Shown in pieces: positions 18,910-28,865 of a stretch of 64,000 bases of DNA (positions within the stretch are counted from its first letter, which is position 1; every line of letters begins with the position of its first letter). The notes below the pieces were generated by a model that saw only the letters and a program-made list of their open reading frames with translations, was not told the origin of the DNA and did no database searches. Position numbers and translations under genes: made by a program. The stretch comes from Candidatus Bathyarchaeota archaeon (GTDB lineage Archaea; Thermoproteota; Bathyarchaeia; Bathyarchaeales; Bathycorpusculaceae), in assembly GCA_963826715.1 (NCBI GenBank), contig CAWGYA010000007.1, positions 160,001 through 224,000 on the forward strand, given 5' to 3'.

Positions 18910-19851
18910 ATGAGAGCGCATATTTCTTTACTTAGGATCTGCCTCATTGTTTCTCTTTCAATCGTCGCATTACCAGTTAATGCGCAAGAATTAGAACCGC
19001 TCAACCTAACAATCAAGCCAGATGGAAGCATTGAACCAGACACTGATGTTGTTTGGCTTCAAAGAAACGGAAGCACCTACACCTTTGTAGTAGATATTCT
19101 TGCTACCATAACAGTTCAAAGAGCAGGAATTACAATAGACGGAGCAGGACATACCCTTCAAGGCAACTTCAAATCATCAGGCCTGGGAGGGATAAATTTG
19201 GTGGGACATGACGAGACCTTCAACGCTTACGGCAACGTCTTAGTGAAGAATCTTCGCATCTGCAATTTCCTGGAAGGCATACGCACCCCCTCAAACAACA
19301 ACAGTTTCATAGGCAACCGCTTCGAAAACACCCGCATACACATTCTGGGGGGACCAGCAGGAAACGTCGTAAAAAACAACTATTTCATAAACTCCTCAGT
19401 ATTTGTCGATTACAACTACGGAGGACACGATGTCATAACTGAAAACAACTTCTTTGACAGCGGCACGCTAGTTGATTTAGCAGATGCCCCCTTTGTAGAT
19501 AAGAACTACTGGAGCAACTACACCATAAAATATCCTAACGCCACCGAAGTTGAAGGGTTGGGAATTTGGAACACACCTTATGTAGATGATAGATACTCGT
19601 GGGCAACGGGCAGAAGCATTGATTACCATCCGTTAGTTAACCCGATAACCGATTTCGAGATTCCTAACTTCGGCATCCTGGCAATGCCGACATTGACACC
19701 GTATCCAACCTTTAATACTGGTCCAAAACCACCCAAGACAGACTCTCTTCTACTAATCTTAGTCGTAGCATCCATATTGGCAGCGGCTGCTTTGGGTGCG
19801 GGTCTGATAGTTTATAGGAATAAGCGTAAGCATGTCTTAGCTGCCGGATAA
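18910..19851 (+). CDS. Right-handed beta-helix (NosD/pectin-lyase-like) surface protein with C-terminal anchor
   Basis: Signal peptide; ITIDGAGHTLQG; Asn ladders; NYWSNY...GIWNTPY...DYHPL; anchor GLIVYRNKRKH. Confidence 0.85.
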   Translation: MRAHISLLRICLIVSLSIVALPVNAQELEPLNLTIKPDGSIEPDTDVVWLQRNGSTYTFVVDILATITVQRAGITIDGAGHTLQGNFKSSGLGGINLVGHDETFNAYGNVLVKNLRICNFLEGIRTPSNNNSFIGNRFENTRIHILGGPAGNVVKNNYFINSSVFVDYNYGGHDVITENNFFDSGTLVDLADAPFVDKNYWSNYTIKYPNATEVEGLGIWNTPYVDDRYSWATGRSIDYHPLVNPITDFEIPNFGILAMPTLTPYPTFNTGPKPPKTDSLLLILVVASILAAAALGAGLIVYRNKRKHVLAAG

Positions 19852-19999
19852 TATTTTTTCCATTCTTACTGTATTTCGTTAGCTGATATTTTTCGTTAGA
19901 ATCTTTTTTGGGCAAGCTGGGCTGCATACAAAAATTTAAGTTCTAAATTTGTTTTCGAACTAATTTTTTTCTTGTTAATGCTTTTTGGAGGTGATTTGT

Positions 20000-20194
20000 T
20001 TGGTTGATGAGATAGAGGTTTCTGAGAATAAGGAAGCCCTGATTGTTTTGGCTGGCACAGTTGCGGGCGCTGCTACTACGTTTGTTGCTTCTTTGCCGAT
20101 TCCGCTGGAGATTAAGGCGCCGGCGACTGCGTTAGCATCCACTGTAACAGGGGCAATTCTGCTTTACTGGAAGAGTAAAGTCAACAAGCAGTAA
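20000..20194 (+). CDS. Small two-TM protein, holin-like
   Basis: Strong SD GGAGGTGA before TTG 20000; two hydrophobic helices, basic C-terminus; T-rich terminator follows. Confidence 0.55.
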   Translation: MVDEIEVSENKEALIVLAGTVAGAATTFVASLPIPLEIKAPATALASTVTGAILLYWKSKVNKQ

Positions 20195-20356
20195 GCATCC
20201 ACTTTTCTTTCTTTTTAGCGCAGTCTAAAGGTGTTTCCATTTTCACAAACCCCTCTCCCCTGCTTCCAACATACGCTTTTACAGCGCTTTTTTTAAGGAC
20301 TATCAGCATATGCATCGCCCGATGGATGTCTGAATCAAAATGAGAAGTGAAAGTCA

Positions 20357-20668
20357 GTGAAAGAGATTCAAATGTCAGACGAACTTTACATAAAATTTCG
20401 TGAATTAGCTGCCCGTATCACCTTAGTAGAGGGTAAAGAAACAACCATCGTTGATGCATTAGAACTTGTTACCGTGCCCCTGAAAGCTTTCGGCGAACCC
20501 GAAGAACGGATGCCTGAAAATCTGCAGAAATACCAAAAAATAGTGGAGGAAAACAAGGATCTTGCACAAGAGAATCTTGAAATGTTGTTATCGGGCTTAA
20601 TACGCGACTACAATGATTTCCTTGACACTAAACAGAATCCCCAAGAGCCAAACCAGACAAACATCTGA
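20357..20668 (+). CDS. Hypothetical protein (possible RHH-like N-terminus)
   Basis: KEIQMSDELY..FRELA pattern. Confidence 0.55.
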   Translation: MKEIQMSDELYIKFRELAARITLVEGKETTIVDALELVTVPLKAFGEPEERMPENLQKYQKIVEENKDLAQENLEMLLSGLIRDYNDFLDTKQNPQEPNQTNI

Positions 20669-20683
20669 GCTTTTTTTAGTCAG

Positions 20684-20920
20684 TTATTTTTTTGGCTTAG
20701 CGGTAGCTCTGGCTTCTTCTTCATCTGCTTTTCTTTCGTCTTCCTCGATTTCTTTTAGCAAGTCTTCGTCTTCAACTAGGCAAGTGTTCTCCTCATCCAC
20801 TTCGACGGCTCGGTCTTGGATCCGATGTTTCGCTATTGCAATCGCTTCTTCTTTGGTGTTTGCATCCACAATTTCTGAACAATATTCAATTATAAAGTAG
20901 TTCTTTTTTGGTTTGGACAT
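20684..20920 (-). CDS. Small acidic hypothetical protein
   Basis: ATG start with GGAG upstream; VDANTKEEAIAIA motif common in mobile-element proteins. Confidence 0.6.
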   Translation of the reverse strand: MSKPKKNYFIIEYCSEIVDANTKEEAIAIAKHRIQDRAVEVDEENTCLVEDEDLLKEIEEDERKADEEEARATAKPKK

Positions 20921-21282
20921 AGGTTAATCTCCATTATGCTGAGCCTTTACTATCTTATTATGTCTAACGAAAAGTTTGGGCATATGGGGCGCTCGTTTGA
21001 TTACTCGCAGACGGCACCTACATCGCAGTCTCGCCAGCACCAGAAAACATCAATGCACTACTCGCAGCAGTAGCATACATCTGCGGCTAGCCGTTACCAA
21101 CCTTTCGGGAAAACCTCTGATTACTTTGCTAGCATTTTAAACGCTGATTCTGCGAAATTGGCGAAGCTGATTAGGCTTGTTGAAATGCTTCAGCAAACAA
21201 AGGTTACCTGTTTTTGGTTAAACTTTAGCTCATAGTCCAAAATGCTTATAGTTGTCATTATACATTTTATTAACTGACCATT

Positions 21283-21732
21283 ATGTCTGAGAAAACAGTC
21301 TCAATCCTTCGAGCAATAGGAAACCCGAACAAAGCAAAAATAATCGCGCACCTGGCAAAGCATAGAGGTGAGACGGCTGAAGGCATTGGAAAACACTTAG
21401 GCTATCCGCTACCAACCGTTTACAAGTACCTTCGAGAGCTTGAAGCTGCAAGCGTTGTAGAGAGCGAAGCTAAAGGCAACACAAGAGTGTATTTTGCTGG
21501 CGATTTCAAGCTTGAAGTTTCTCCTGAGAAGTTAATGGAGGCGTTCGAGGAACAAACGATGATGGATCTCCACAAAGGCCGATTTGGGGCTAAGGGCATA
21601 GAGAAGTTTAACAACGTTGCAGCTAAAGCGAAAGCGGGAAAGATGACTTTTAGGCAAGCAGCCGCCACACTGGGAATAACCTACTACGAGTTTATCTCAC
21701 TTTTAGAAGAAGCCGGCGCTCTGGATGCCTAA
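21283..21732 (+). CDS. Antitoxin: ArsR-type HTH fused to a UPF0175-like C-terminal domain
   Basis: AIGNPNKAKII...LPTVYKYLRELEAAS and GKMTFRQAAATLGITYYEF; overlaps the PIN gene. Confidence 0.75.
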   Translation: MSEKTVSILRAIGNPNKAKIIAHLAKHRGETAEGIGKHLGYPLPTVYKYLRELEAASVVESEAKGNTRVYFAGDFKLEVSPEKLMEAFEEQTMMDLHKGRFGAKGIEKFNNVAAKAKAGKMTFRQAAATLGITYYEFISLLEEAGALDA

Positions 21733-22234
21733 GCGTCTTGTAGTAGATTCGTCAGTTCTCATATTCTATGATAGAAAGAGGAAATTAGAGGATTTCTTGC
21801 AGGCGAAAAAGAAAGAAAACTATAAAGTCATAATTCCAAAAGCGATAGCACAGGAAGTCGTTGATGAACCAAAAGAGTTTGCAAGAGAAATCAAACAAAC
21901 AGCTCCCGAATCCGCAAAGCAAATACTTGATTCTGTGAAAAGGTTCAACACTGCCATTGAACAAGGACTTATCCAAGTAGAAAATGTGAATTATAGAGAA
22001 TATTCGAAAGTAATAGATAACGTTAGAAAACACTTAAGCAGGCTCGATGCTACTCCGGAATACGCGGTAAAGAAGGGCGACCCAGAACTCATAGCGCTTG
22101 TTATTCAACTCTACGGTGAAGCTAAAGAGAAGGTCTTTGTTGCAACATTGGATAAGGGGTTGCTAAAGGCGCTCAAGCCATTTGGAGGCTTAGTTGATTA
22201 CGAAGTCATGGTCCAAAATTCCATCCATAAATGA
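21725..22234 (+). CDS. PIN-domain (VapC-like) toxin
   Basis: LVVDSSVLI, IPKAIAQEV, GDPELIAL, ATLDKGL acidic PIN motifs. Confidence 0.85.
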   Translation: MPKRLVVDSSVLIFYDRKRKLEDFLQAKKKENYKVIIPKAIAQEVVDEPKEFAREIKQTAPESAKQILDSVKRFNTAIEQGLIQVENVNYREYSKVIDNVRKHLSRLDATPEYAVKKGDPELIALVIQLYGEAKEKVFVATLDKGLLKALKPFGGLVDYEVMVQNSIHK

Positions 22235-22261
22235 AATTAAGAGCATTATTTCGATCTAATT

Positions 22262-22586
22262 TAGCGCTGTGGGACCATGTGATTTGGGTCGCTGATTGGG
22301 GTTTCCGCCATTTCGGCTTGGACTTGAGTCATGTTAACGGGGATTGCTTTAGCTGGGTTAAAGGGCGGCAAGGTAGGCCAGGACCAGTTTCGGTCGCGGT
22401 TATGCTTGGAATTTTTAATGGTGCCAAAGCATGCTGAGAATTAGCTAATGTTGCATTAGAGTTTGAGAACTGGATTAGGTCAAGCCCTAATGGCGTATTG
22501 GATTGTATTGATTGTGCGAGGACCGTTACAGTAAAGGCAGTGATAAATAAAATTACAAGCAAACTAGTTGCTATTATTTTCTTTAT
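22262..22586 (-). pseudogene. Probable degraded secreted-protein gene
   Basis: SD GAGGTG followed by ATA (no ATG) and the signal-peptide-like KKIIATSLLVILFITAFTVTVLA; short, with an apparent frame change near 22380. Confidence 0.35.
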
Positions 22587-22936
22587 CTTTTTTCACCTCT
22601 ATACTCAAATCTCAATCGGCAAAATTACCGCTAAACTAAACTGTGATAAGCAATTTGAGTTTTTTCAAGTTATTTACTCCTTTGCAGTTTTATCATGAAC
22701 CATAGGTTAACTGTTAATAGTCCCCAAAATAACCAAAAAGGTGTGTTCAAATACCAAAAAATACCTTGAACAGCCGAAAGGCTACCGTTGAAGTATGCAT
22801 AATGTTGAGCACTAATTCCTATTGGACCCAATGACTAGTTATTAGAATTGTATTAGTGCCATTCATCGCATTCCAAATTGTGGCGTTAGAGTAAATAAAA
22901 AGCAAACTTAGGATAATATTTGTAACGATTAAATAT

Positions 22937-23815
22937 TTAACTATTTTTTGCGTGTTTCTCAACCTCCAAATATTGCTTGCCCTTTTTTTTGTTCAGCATT
23001 AATTTCAAGCGATGTCTGTTTGTGAATAAGGCAACTGAGACTATGACAGCACTTGCCATAGCAACAAGCAGTAAGTAAGGTAACCAGACGGGTGAGATTG
23101 AAGCTTTAGTAGTCGATAAACTGGAGTCTATCAGTGATTGATCTACAGGCGCAGGCACAGGCGCCCAAGCGTATTTGATGCTAACATTTGAAGTAGCTCC
23201 CTCAACTATGAGTCCTGTGCCGTATGGAATCACTCCATCGGTAAAGTTCAAACTGGATGTGTTATAATCTGCTTGTTTGCCATCAATGCAAACCTCAACA
23301 CCCAATGGCCAAGTGAACGTTCCATTAATGGTATCTTGAGAAGGCTCTGTCCAATTTGCCAGATTGAACCGGATTCTAATAATTTGCTCTCCAATACCAG
23401 CTACTGTGTAATTTAGCCAGCCCTCTGTTAACCATGAACCCCTATTCTGGTTGTCACTTCCATCTGGGGTTAGAAGCCGTTCGAAACTGGTTATAGTGAT
23501 ATTGCTGTCTTGTGTTGTTATGTTTAGGTTTGCGGTTGTTGGGCTGTCAGAGAGGATATCGGCGTGTTGTGGGTCAAGTTGTAGGTGAGTAAAAACCCAT
23601 GTGTCATCGACGAGAGTGGCGTTACTATAATATCCTGTCTCGTTGAAACATATGGTGCCGTTTGTTGTCGGGATGGTAAATTGGGTTTCTGACGTGAACG
23701 CCATCGAAGTTGCGATGCTTGTAAATATGTTGGTTTCGTACGCTTTTATGGGAAAGAAGACATACGACAATGCTAAGATTACACAAAGTGCTACAATGAT
23801 ATTTCTGCATTTCAT
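22937..23815 (-). CDS. Cell-surface protein with signal peptide and C-terminal TM anchor; paralogue of 1-563
   Basis: Signal peptide, many N-x-S/T sequons, WLNYTVAGIGEQ, CIDG, C-terminal TM plus basic tail. Confidence 0.85.
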   Translation of the reverse strand: MKCRNIIVALCVILALSYVFFPIKAYETNIFTSIATSMAFTSETQFTIPTTNGTICFNETGYYSNATLVDDTWVFTHLQLDPQHADILSDSPTTANLNITTQDSNITITSFERLLTPDGSDNQNRGSWLTEGWLNYTVAGIGEQIIRIRFNLANWTEPSQDTINGTFTWPLGVEVCIDGKQADYNTSSLNFTDGVIPYGTGLIVEGATSNVSIKYAWAPVPAPVDQSLIDSSLSTTKASISPVWLPYLLLVAMASAVIVSVALFTNRHRLKLMLNKKKGKQYLEVEKHAKNS

Positions 23816-23887
23816 TGTTGTTACCTCTTGCTTTTGACACAATACACTGATGTGGGGCGGTACTTAATGCGATGTTTTAGAACGAAC

Positions 23888-23905
23888 TGTTCTTTTTTTA
23901 GAACA
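23888..23905. promoter_or_regulatory. Palindromic operator type B (TGTTCT-N6-AGAACA)
   Basis: Perfect palindrome 17 bp upstream of GCATTAAGTA (TATA) of the 23815 gene. Confidence 0.7.
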
Positions 23906-23929
23906 TGCTTTACTAGAGGAAGTCATTAT

Positions 23930-24262
23930 CTACCGATTAATTTCCTTCTTGAGGCTTCTTTCTGAAAATAACAAAAGAGCAGCAACTATCGCAACTACTA
24001 TAGCGGCAACAGCAAAAAGAATTGAAACTATATTGCCACTTAATGGGGTAGTTTGCGCCACTGGGGGTGATGTCGGCAAGGGCGTCATTGTAGAATTAGG
24101 ATTTGAGGTAGGTTGAGGGTTTGGGGGACCTTGCGAAGCATCTTGGGGCAAAAAACTTACCGATCCTGCAAGCAATAAGGCTAATGCGATTGCAAGAATG
24201 GGCGCGAACAGCATTTTCTTTCGGAGCAGGCTCATAATTTCAACCTTACCTACGATACTCAT
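23930..24262 (-). CDS. Small two-TM protein with a Pro/Thr-rich linker
   Basis: N-terminal and C-terminal hydrophobic helices around GPPNPQPTSNP...; divergent from the wHTH-TM regulator. Confidence 0.7.
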   Translation of the reverse strand: MSIVGKVEIMSLLRKKMLFAPILAIALALLLAGSVSFLPQDASQGPPNPQPTSNPNSTMTPLPTSPPVAQTTPLSGNIVSILFAVAAIVVAIVAALLLFSERSLKKEINR

Positions 24263-24305
24263 GAAAACACGCAGTCGGTTATTTAATGCTATATTTTATT
24301 GAAGG

Positions 24306-24323
24306 TGTTCTAATTTTCGAACA
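24306..24323. promoter_or_regulatory. Palindromic operator type B
   Basis: TGTTCT-AATTTT-CGAACA, 16 bp upstream of GCATTAAATA of the 24262 gene, in the divergent gap before the regulator. Confidence 0.7.
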
Positions 24324-24393
24324 GGCTACATGAGTAACTGTTGAGGGTAGCTCTTAAATTATTGTTGCGCTTTGTTTTGGCATGTGAAAGAGT

Positions 24394-24816
24394 TTGGTTG
24401 ACGATGACCCCAAAGAAGTGCTAAGAGGAACTACTCTTGAAGTTTACCGTTTTCTGTTAAAAAGCAACAAGCCTATTGGAACAAGGGAACTTCAAAGAGC
24501 TCTAAACCTTAGCAGTTCCTCGGTAGCCACGTACCATCTATCTAAACTTGAAGATGCCGGGCTTCTAAGAAAGGAGCCTGGCGGTTTCACCGTTAGCAAA
24601 TTCCTTTTGGAAAACAGCATCAAAATAAATCGTTTTCTAGTTCCAAGATACTTTTTTTATGCGATATTTGCCATAGCAATTCTCATAATAGAATTGACAA
24701 TTATGAAGCCGGCTGTTCTTTATCGTGAATACGTTTTTTCGTTGGTTGCAACCGTTATACTCACCTTTTTCTTTTGTTACGAAACACTAAAAACTTGGCG
24801 ACGGGGCAATTTGTAA
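24394..24816 (+). CDS. Membrane-anchored winged-helix transcription regulator (wHTH plus 2 TM)
   Basis: IGTRELQRALNLSSSSVATYHLSKLEDAGLL HTH followed by two hydrophobic helices. Confidence 0.85.
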   Translation: MVDDDPKEVLRGTTLEVYRFLLKSNKPIGTRELQRALNLSSSSVATYHLSKLEDAGLLRKEPGGFTVSKFLLENSIKINRFLVPRYFFYAIFAIAILIIELTIMKPAVLYREYVFSLVATVILTFFFCYETLKTWRRGNL

Positions 24817-24850
24817 TAGATATCAGGTCACAGGCAAATATTACTAAACC

Positions 24851-26506
24851 CTACCTTCTATTTATCACTGAAGATCGCCGTCTCCTTTTTGCTCTAATGA
24901 CAATGATAGTTACTGCGGCTATGATTGCGGCTGCAACTAATAGTCCGATTATAAGTGGAGTTGAAAAGGAAGTGGCTGACTGGTTCCAATAGTATATTTG
25001 GCTGTATTTTTCAGTGATGTTATAGGCTGGGTCGTCATAGACTATGTCTAGTTTTGAGCCGTATTGCGCCAGTTTGTTTTGGAGCTGGTTCCAGATTTGC
25101 TGTGACGTATCATTTGGTTTCCACAATCCCCAAATCGTGTCGTTTGTATGCCTCATGCCCCATCCATAGTCTTGGGGTAAAACCAATGCTGCTTCACCTG
25201 TAATTCCGCCATGGACAACCTTGGGGTTTTGCACTACATCGTTCCAGAAGCGCTGGAGAGCTTGGAAATGCTCAGTCTGTAATGTTCCATAGGGATCAGT
25301 CATGTTTTCAGCGTAATTAAAAACCACAACATACTGAGCGCCACACTCATAAGACAAGTGCATTTGATCATACATTTCATCTCCGCTGGGTAAATAGGGC
25401 GGCTGATTGTATTTCCAATCTATGATAGTGCCCCAATTTTTACCCTGCAAATTCGCCGATCCTCTTACAAGACCGATTTCTTGGGCAACAGTATTATTCC
25501 AGCCTAATTCAGCAAAGACTGTATCATAGCCAATTTGGTAGTCCCACCAATAAAGAACATAGTCAGAAGTGAAAAGCTTAACGTCATCTCGATTAGCTAT
25601 CCAATCTGTTGTCGCTTGCTGGTTTTTTAAATAAGACGCGGCTACTGCGGATAAATCATCCATTGTTTGGAATGGACGTGAATCCCAAAGTTGTCGGTAG
25701 GGTTCAAACTGGGAAATATTACCCATATCCGTCACCGCTACAAAAAAGGGTTTATTTAACAATTGGTTGAGAACAGTTCCAGTTGTTCTCCAAGAGTCAT
25801 TATTTGCGTTCGGAGAGCTTGTTTGTTTGAGCACGGTTCCATTTGTCAAGTAAATCACATATTCATTGTTTTTTGCAAGAGCGATGGTTCCATTCGGAAA
25901 ATAGTTAATCATCGTGTAATTGCCTGCCGCCAAGTCAGCATACTGTACATTAATCTGTCCTGAAAAGTCAGGACTATAAAGGAATGATTTACTCGTCATG
26001 ATTGAGCCAGAGGTTTGGCTGACGGTGAGGTCATGGCTGCTTACCGACACATTGCCTATATTGGGTACGTTATCCAAGCGCATGATTCCATCGAATGCTT
26101 TTCCGCTAGGTTCATCTCCATAGTATATTCCCAAGAAGTGGTTGCCCCATCGTTCCTGCGCTGTATCGATAAAGGCAGCGGTTTTATCCCTATTTGTCTC
26201 GTATGAACCGAAATAAACGATGATATCTAACCCTGATTTAACAGCATAATCGCAAGTTTTAACCAATTCGTCGATATTACCCTGTAGGGGACCTGAAGCT
26301 ACAACAAACAGGTTAGTATAATCTTTAACTTTATCAATCAGTATTTTCGCATCGGCGGCGTTGTCCCCGCCGAACGTTACGCCAACATGAAACGGCTGGC
26401 TATCTTGTGCGTTTGCATTACCTACGCTGTTAACTGCAAAAATATTTACTATAAAAATGGCTATTAAAAGCACTGCAAACGCCGAAAATAGTTTTGCTCT
26501 TTTCAT
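24851..26506 (-). CDS. Secreted, C-terminally anchored glycoside-hydrolase-like (TIM-barrel) protein
   Basis: Signal peptide; FLGIYYGDEP, LFTSDY and VFAELGWN strands typical of clan GH-A-like barrels; C-terminal TM plus RAKRRRR. Confidence 0.65.
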   Translation of the reverse strand: MKRAKLFSAFAVLLIAIFIVNIFAVNSVGNANAQDSQPFHVGVTFGGDNAADAKILIDKVKDYTNLFVVASGPLQGNIDELVKTCDYAVKSGLDIIVYFGSYETNRDKTAAFIDTAQERWGNHFLGIYYGDEPSGKAFDGIMRLDNVPNIGNVSVSSHDLTVSQTSGSIMTSKSFLYSPDFSGQINVQYADLAAGNYTMINYFPNGTIALAKNNEYVIYLTNGTVLKQTSSPNANNDSWRTTGTVLNQLLNKPFFVAVTDMGNISQFEPYRQLWDSRPFQTMDDLSAVAASYLKNQQATTDWIANRDDVKLFTSDYVLYWWDYQIGYDTVFAELGWNNTVAQEIGLVRGSANLQGKNWGTIIDWKYNQPPYLPSGDEMYDQMHLSYECGAQYVVVFNYAENMTDPYGTLQTEHFQALQRFWNDVVQNPKVVHGGITGEAALVLPQDYGWGMRHTNDTIWGLWKPNDTSQQIWNQLQNKLAQYGSKLDIVYDDPAYNITEKYSQIYYWNQSATSFSTPLIIGLLVAAAIIAAVTIIVIRAKRRRRSSVINRR

Positions 26507-26603
26507 TCAACAGCTCTCCTTTAGCTTCTAATTACCGGTAAATACAGCATTAGGCTTCTTATTTTTATCCCTAATTCGAAGTGTTCTAATCTTTAGTGCA
26601 GTC

Positions 26604-26625
26604 TTGGTTAAGAAACCTTGACGAA
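26604..26625 (+). promoter_or_regulatory. Palindromic element type A
   Basis: TTGGTTAAG-AAAC-CTTGACGAA followed by TGCACTTATATC (TATA), before GTG 26674. Confidence 0.65.
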
Positions 26626-26673
26626 TGCACTTATATCTTTAATGAGTGCCTAACAAATTGTAGAGATGATGAT

Positions 26674-27570
26674 GTGAACAAGCATTGGGTTCTGCCAATC
26701 AGCCTTGCCTTTCTTTTGTCCATGGTTGCCACTATTCCAGTTATCAATGCACAATCAGTTGGCAATATAGTGATCAACTCCGACGGCGCCTTCACAGGGA
26801 CAGATGCCATTAACCGCAAGGGTAACACCTACACTTTAACGGCAAACATTTCAGGCAACATACAAATTCAGAGGAGCAACATAATAGTAGACGGCGCAGG
26901 GTATTCGCTTAACCAAGGTGGAATAGACCTAACAAACGGAATAGGGCAAGACCCAACACGTTCTACCATTATCAATGTAACAATCGAAAACTTGTATGTC
27001 GAAAGCGGCAGCATAGGCACTAATGGGGGTGGAAATTACACTTTCTACGATGACTACATACCTTCTATCCAGTTTTTAGGAGACTGTATTAACAATAACA
27101 TAACTTTCTGCACCGTTGAAGCAGTATCATTTGATTACGGAGGAAACGCAACATTAACTGAAAATAACCTCGGTAGCGTCTTAGTATGGTTAAGCTTTGG
27201 CGGAGTTGCTGACAGAAACTATTGGAGTGATTATTTAACAAAATATTCTAATGCTACAGAAATAGACAGCACGGGAATAGGTAACACGCCCTATGTATAT
27301 TCTATAGTAGAAACACAGACGCCCTTAATCTATAAGGACAATCATCCGTTAATGAAGCCAGTTGCAATTCCGTTGATGGGTTCAAATACTTTAAGCCCAT
27401 TAACCCCAACACCTACTATAACACAGCTTCCTACAGTTAATACTGGTGCAGAAACACCACAGACAGAGTCTATAATTATTGTCGCTATTACCTTTGTAAT
27501 CGCATTAGCGGTGGCTGCTGGTTTGTTTTACTATTTCAGGAAACAGAAGCATGGAGCTGTACAAGGATGA
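26674..27570 (+). CDS. Beta-helix (NosD-like) surface protein with C-terminal anchor; paralogue of 18910-19851
   Basis: IIVDGAGYSL, NYWSDYLTKYSNATEIDSTGIGNTPY, DNHPLMKP, PTVNTG linker, GLFYYFRKQKH. Start moved to GTG 26674 because a promoter lies in the longer ORF's 5' part. Confidence 0.85.
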   Translation: MNKHWVLPISLAFLLSMVATIPVINAQSVGNIVINSDGAFTGTDAINRKGNTYTLTANISGNIQIQRSNIIVDGAGYSLNQGGIDLTNGIGQDPTRSTIINVTIENLYVESGSIGTNGGGNYTFYDDYIPSIQFLGDCINNNITFCTVEAVSFDYGGNATLTENNLGSVLVWLSFGGVADRNYWSDYLTKYSNATEIDSTGIGNTPYVYSIVETQTPLIYKDNHPLMKPVAIPLMGSNTLSPLTPTPTITQLPTVNTGAETPQTESIIIVAITFVIALAVAAGLFYYFRKQKHGAVQG

Positions 27571-28247
27571 AAAGAACAAAATTGGCGGTAATAGTCATTT
27601 TAGCGCTAGTAATTTCAGTGCCAGCGCTTCTACAAGTTAATTTGGTAAGAGCGCATTATTATCCACCGCCCTCCATTGAAATCTTTTCGCCAATCCCTGC
27701 TCCCGACGTTCATTCAACTGCATCTGTTCCACTTCAGGTTCGTGTTAACGTCTTAACAGACGACGCTGCCATTACTTTCATCCGTTATAGTCTGGATGGA
27801 GGAGCCAACGTTACACTTACCGATTTAACAAGAGAAGACGGGCTTTATTATTGGACTACTACAAAAGGCGTTTTTGCACATGGCAATGCTTTCAGTACAC
27901 AAGCCTCTTTGGACAACGTAGACGAAGGCAATCATACGCTTATCGTGTACTCGCACGCTGCTGATGGTAAAGAAATGTCGCGAACACGAGAGTTTAAAGT
28001 GGACTACAACTATGTGCCGCCTCAACTACCACCTTTAACATTGCCCAATGGCACATCAATGCAACCAGCGACTTCATCAGCCCAAACTGAAACACCCATA
28101 ACAACAAACGCAGATAGTTTCCAACCCTTCGAAGACCCTGCATTATTCATAATTATAGCTTGCATTTCGGTATCGCTGTTAGCAGGAATACTGTTCTTCA
28201 GAAAAAAACCTAAAGGTTTTATGAAATTGAAGGACAAAGAAAATTGA
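27567..28247 (+). CDS. Ig-like domain surface protein with C-terminal anchor
   Basis: Signal peptide; PPSIEIFSP, YSLDGGANVTL, EGNHTLIVY; anchor GILFFRKK. Confidence 0.8.
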   Translation: MKRTKLAVIVILALVISVPALLQVNLVRAHYYPPPSIEIFSPIPAPDVHSTASVPLQVRVNVLTDDAAITFIRYSLDGGANVTLTDLTREDGLYYWTTTKGVFAHGNAFSTQASLDNVDEGNHTLIVYSHAADGKEMSRTREFKVDYNYVPPQLPPLTLPNGTSMQPATSSAQTETPITTNADSFQPFEDPALFIIIACISVSLLAGILFFRKKPKGFMKLKDKEN

Positions 28248-28331
28248 GTGTACCAAAACGTTGGTCGCTTGTTCTAAACTGTAGCATTAAATATCACTTT
28301 AAAGCTTAGATAGACTGGGAATGCCACCTAA

Positions 28332-28865
28332 ATGAAAATAACTCGAAAGCATACGCTATTACTAGTTGTTATTCTTTTAATTGCCCTTTTCTTAGTCTTA
28401 ACCGTTTTTTTGGCGAGTAATCAACCAGTGGCCTCTTCTCCCCAATCAGAAGGTAGTGTCTATCTTCATTTTCCAAGTGATTACCAAGGAGGCGAAGAAA
28501 CCAAGGCTTACTTGATTGACTCACAACTTTATTATGGAAATTACAACCAAAGCTTCACCCGCTCAGGCGCCACAGGCTCTTATTCTATTAACAATGGCGA
28601 TGCGTGCGTTATCATAAATGGAACAATTAGAAATGACTACTCCAAAGATTACTATTTCAGCATAACAGCAAATGTTTACAATTCTACAAACCAAAAAATC
28701 GGACCAATTCTTACCGCAAACTCGCCACAGCCAGGTTTCACCATTACTAAAGTGAGCAACAGTTCAATAGGAACATTTGAAATACAAATACCATACGACA
28801 GAAAAGACATCGCAAACTACGACCTTCTTCTCGCATTCGAACCAACCGAAACCCCACCCCCTTAG
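28332..28865 (+). CDS. N-terminally anchored extracellular beta-sandwich protein
   Basis: N-terminal TM; IINGTIRNDY...ITANVYNSTNQKIG; type-B half-site TGTTCT at 28270 before GCATTAAATA. Confidence 0.75.
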   Translation: MKITRKHTLLLVVILLIALFLVLTVFLASNQPVASSPQSEGSVYLHFPSDYQGGEETKAYLIDSQLYYGNYNQSFTRSGATGSYSINNGDACVIINGTIRNDYSKDYYFSITANVYNSTNQKIGPILTANSPQPGFTITKVSNSSIGTFEIQIPYDRKDIANYDLLLAFEPTETPPP

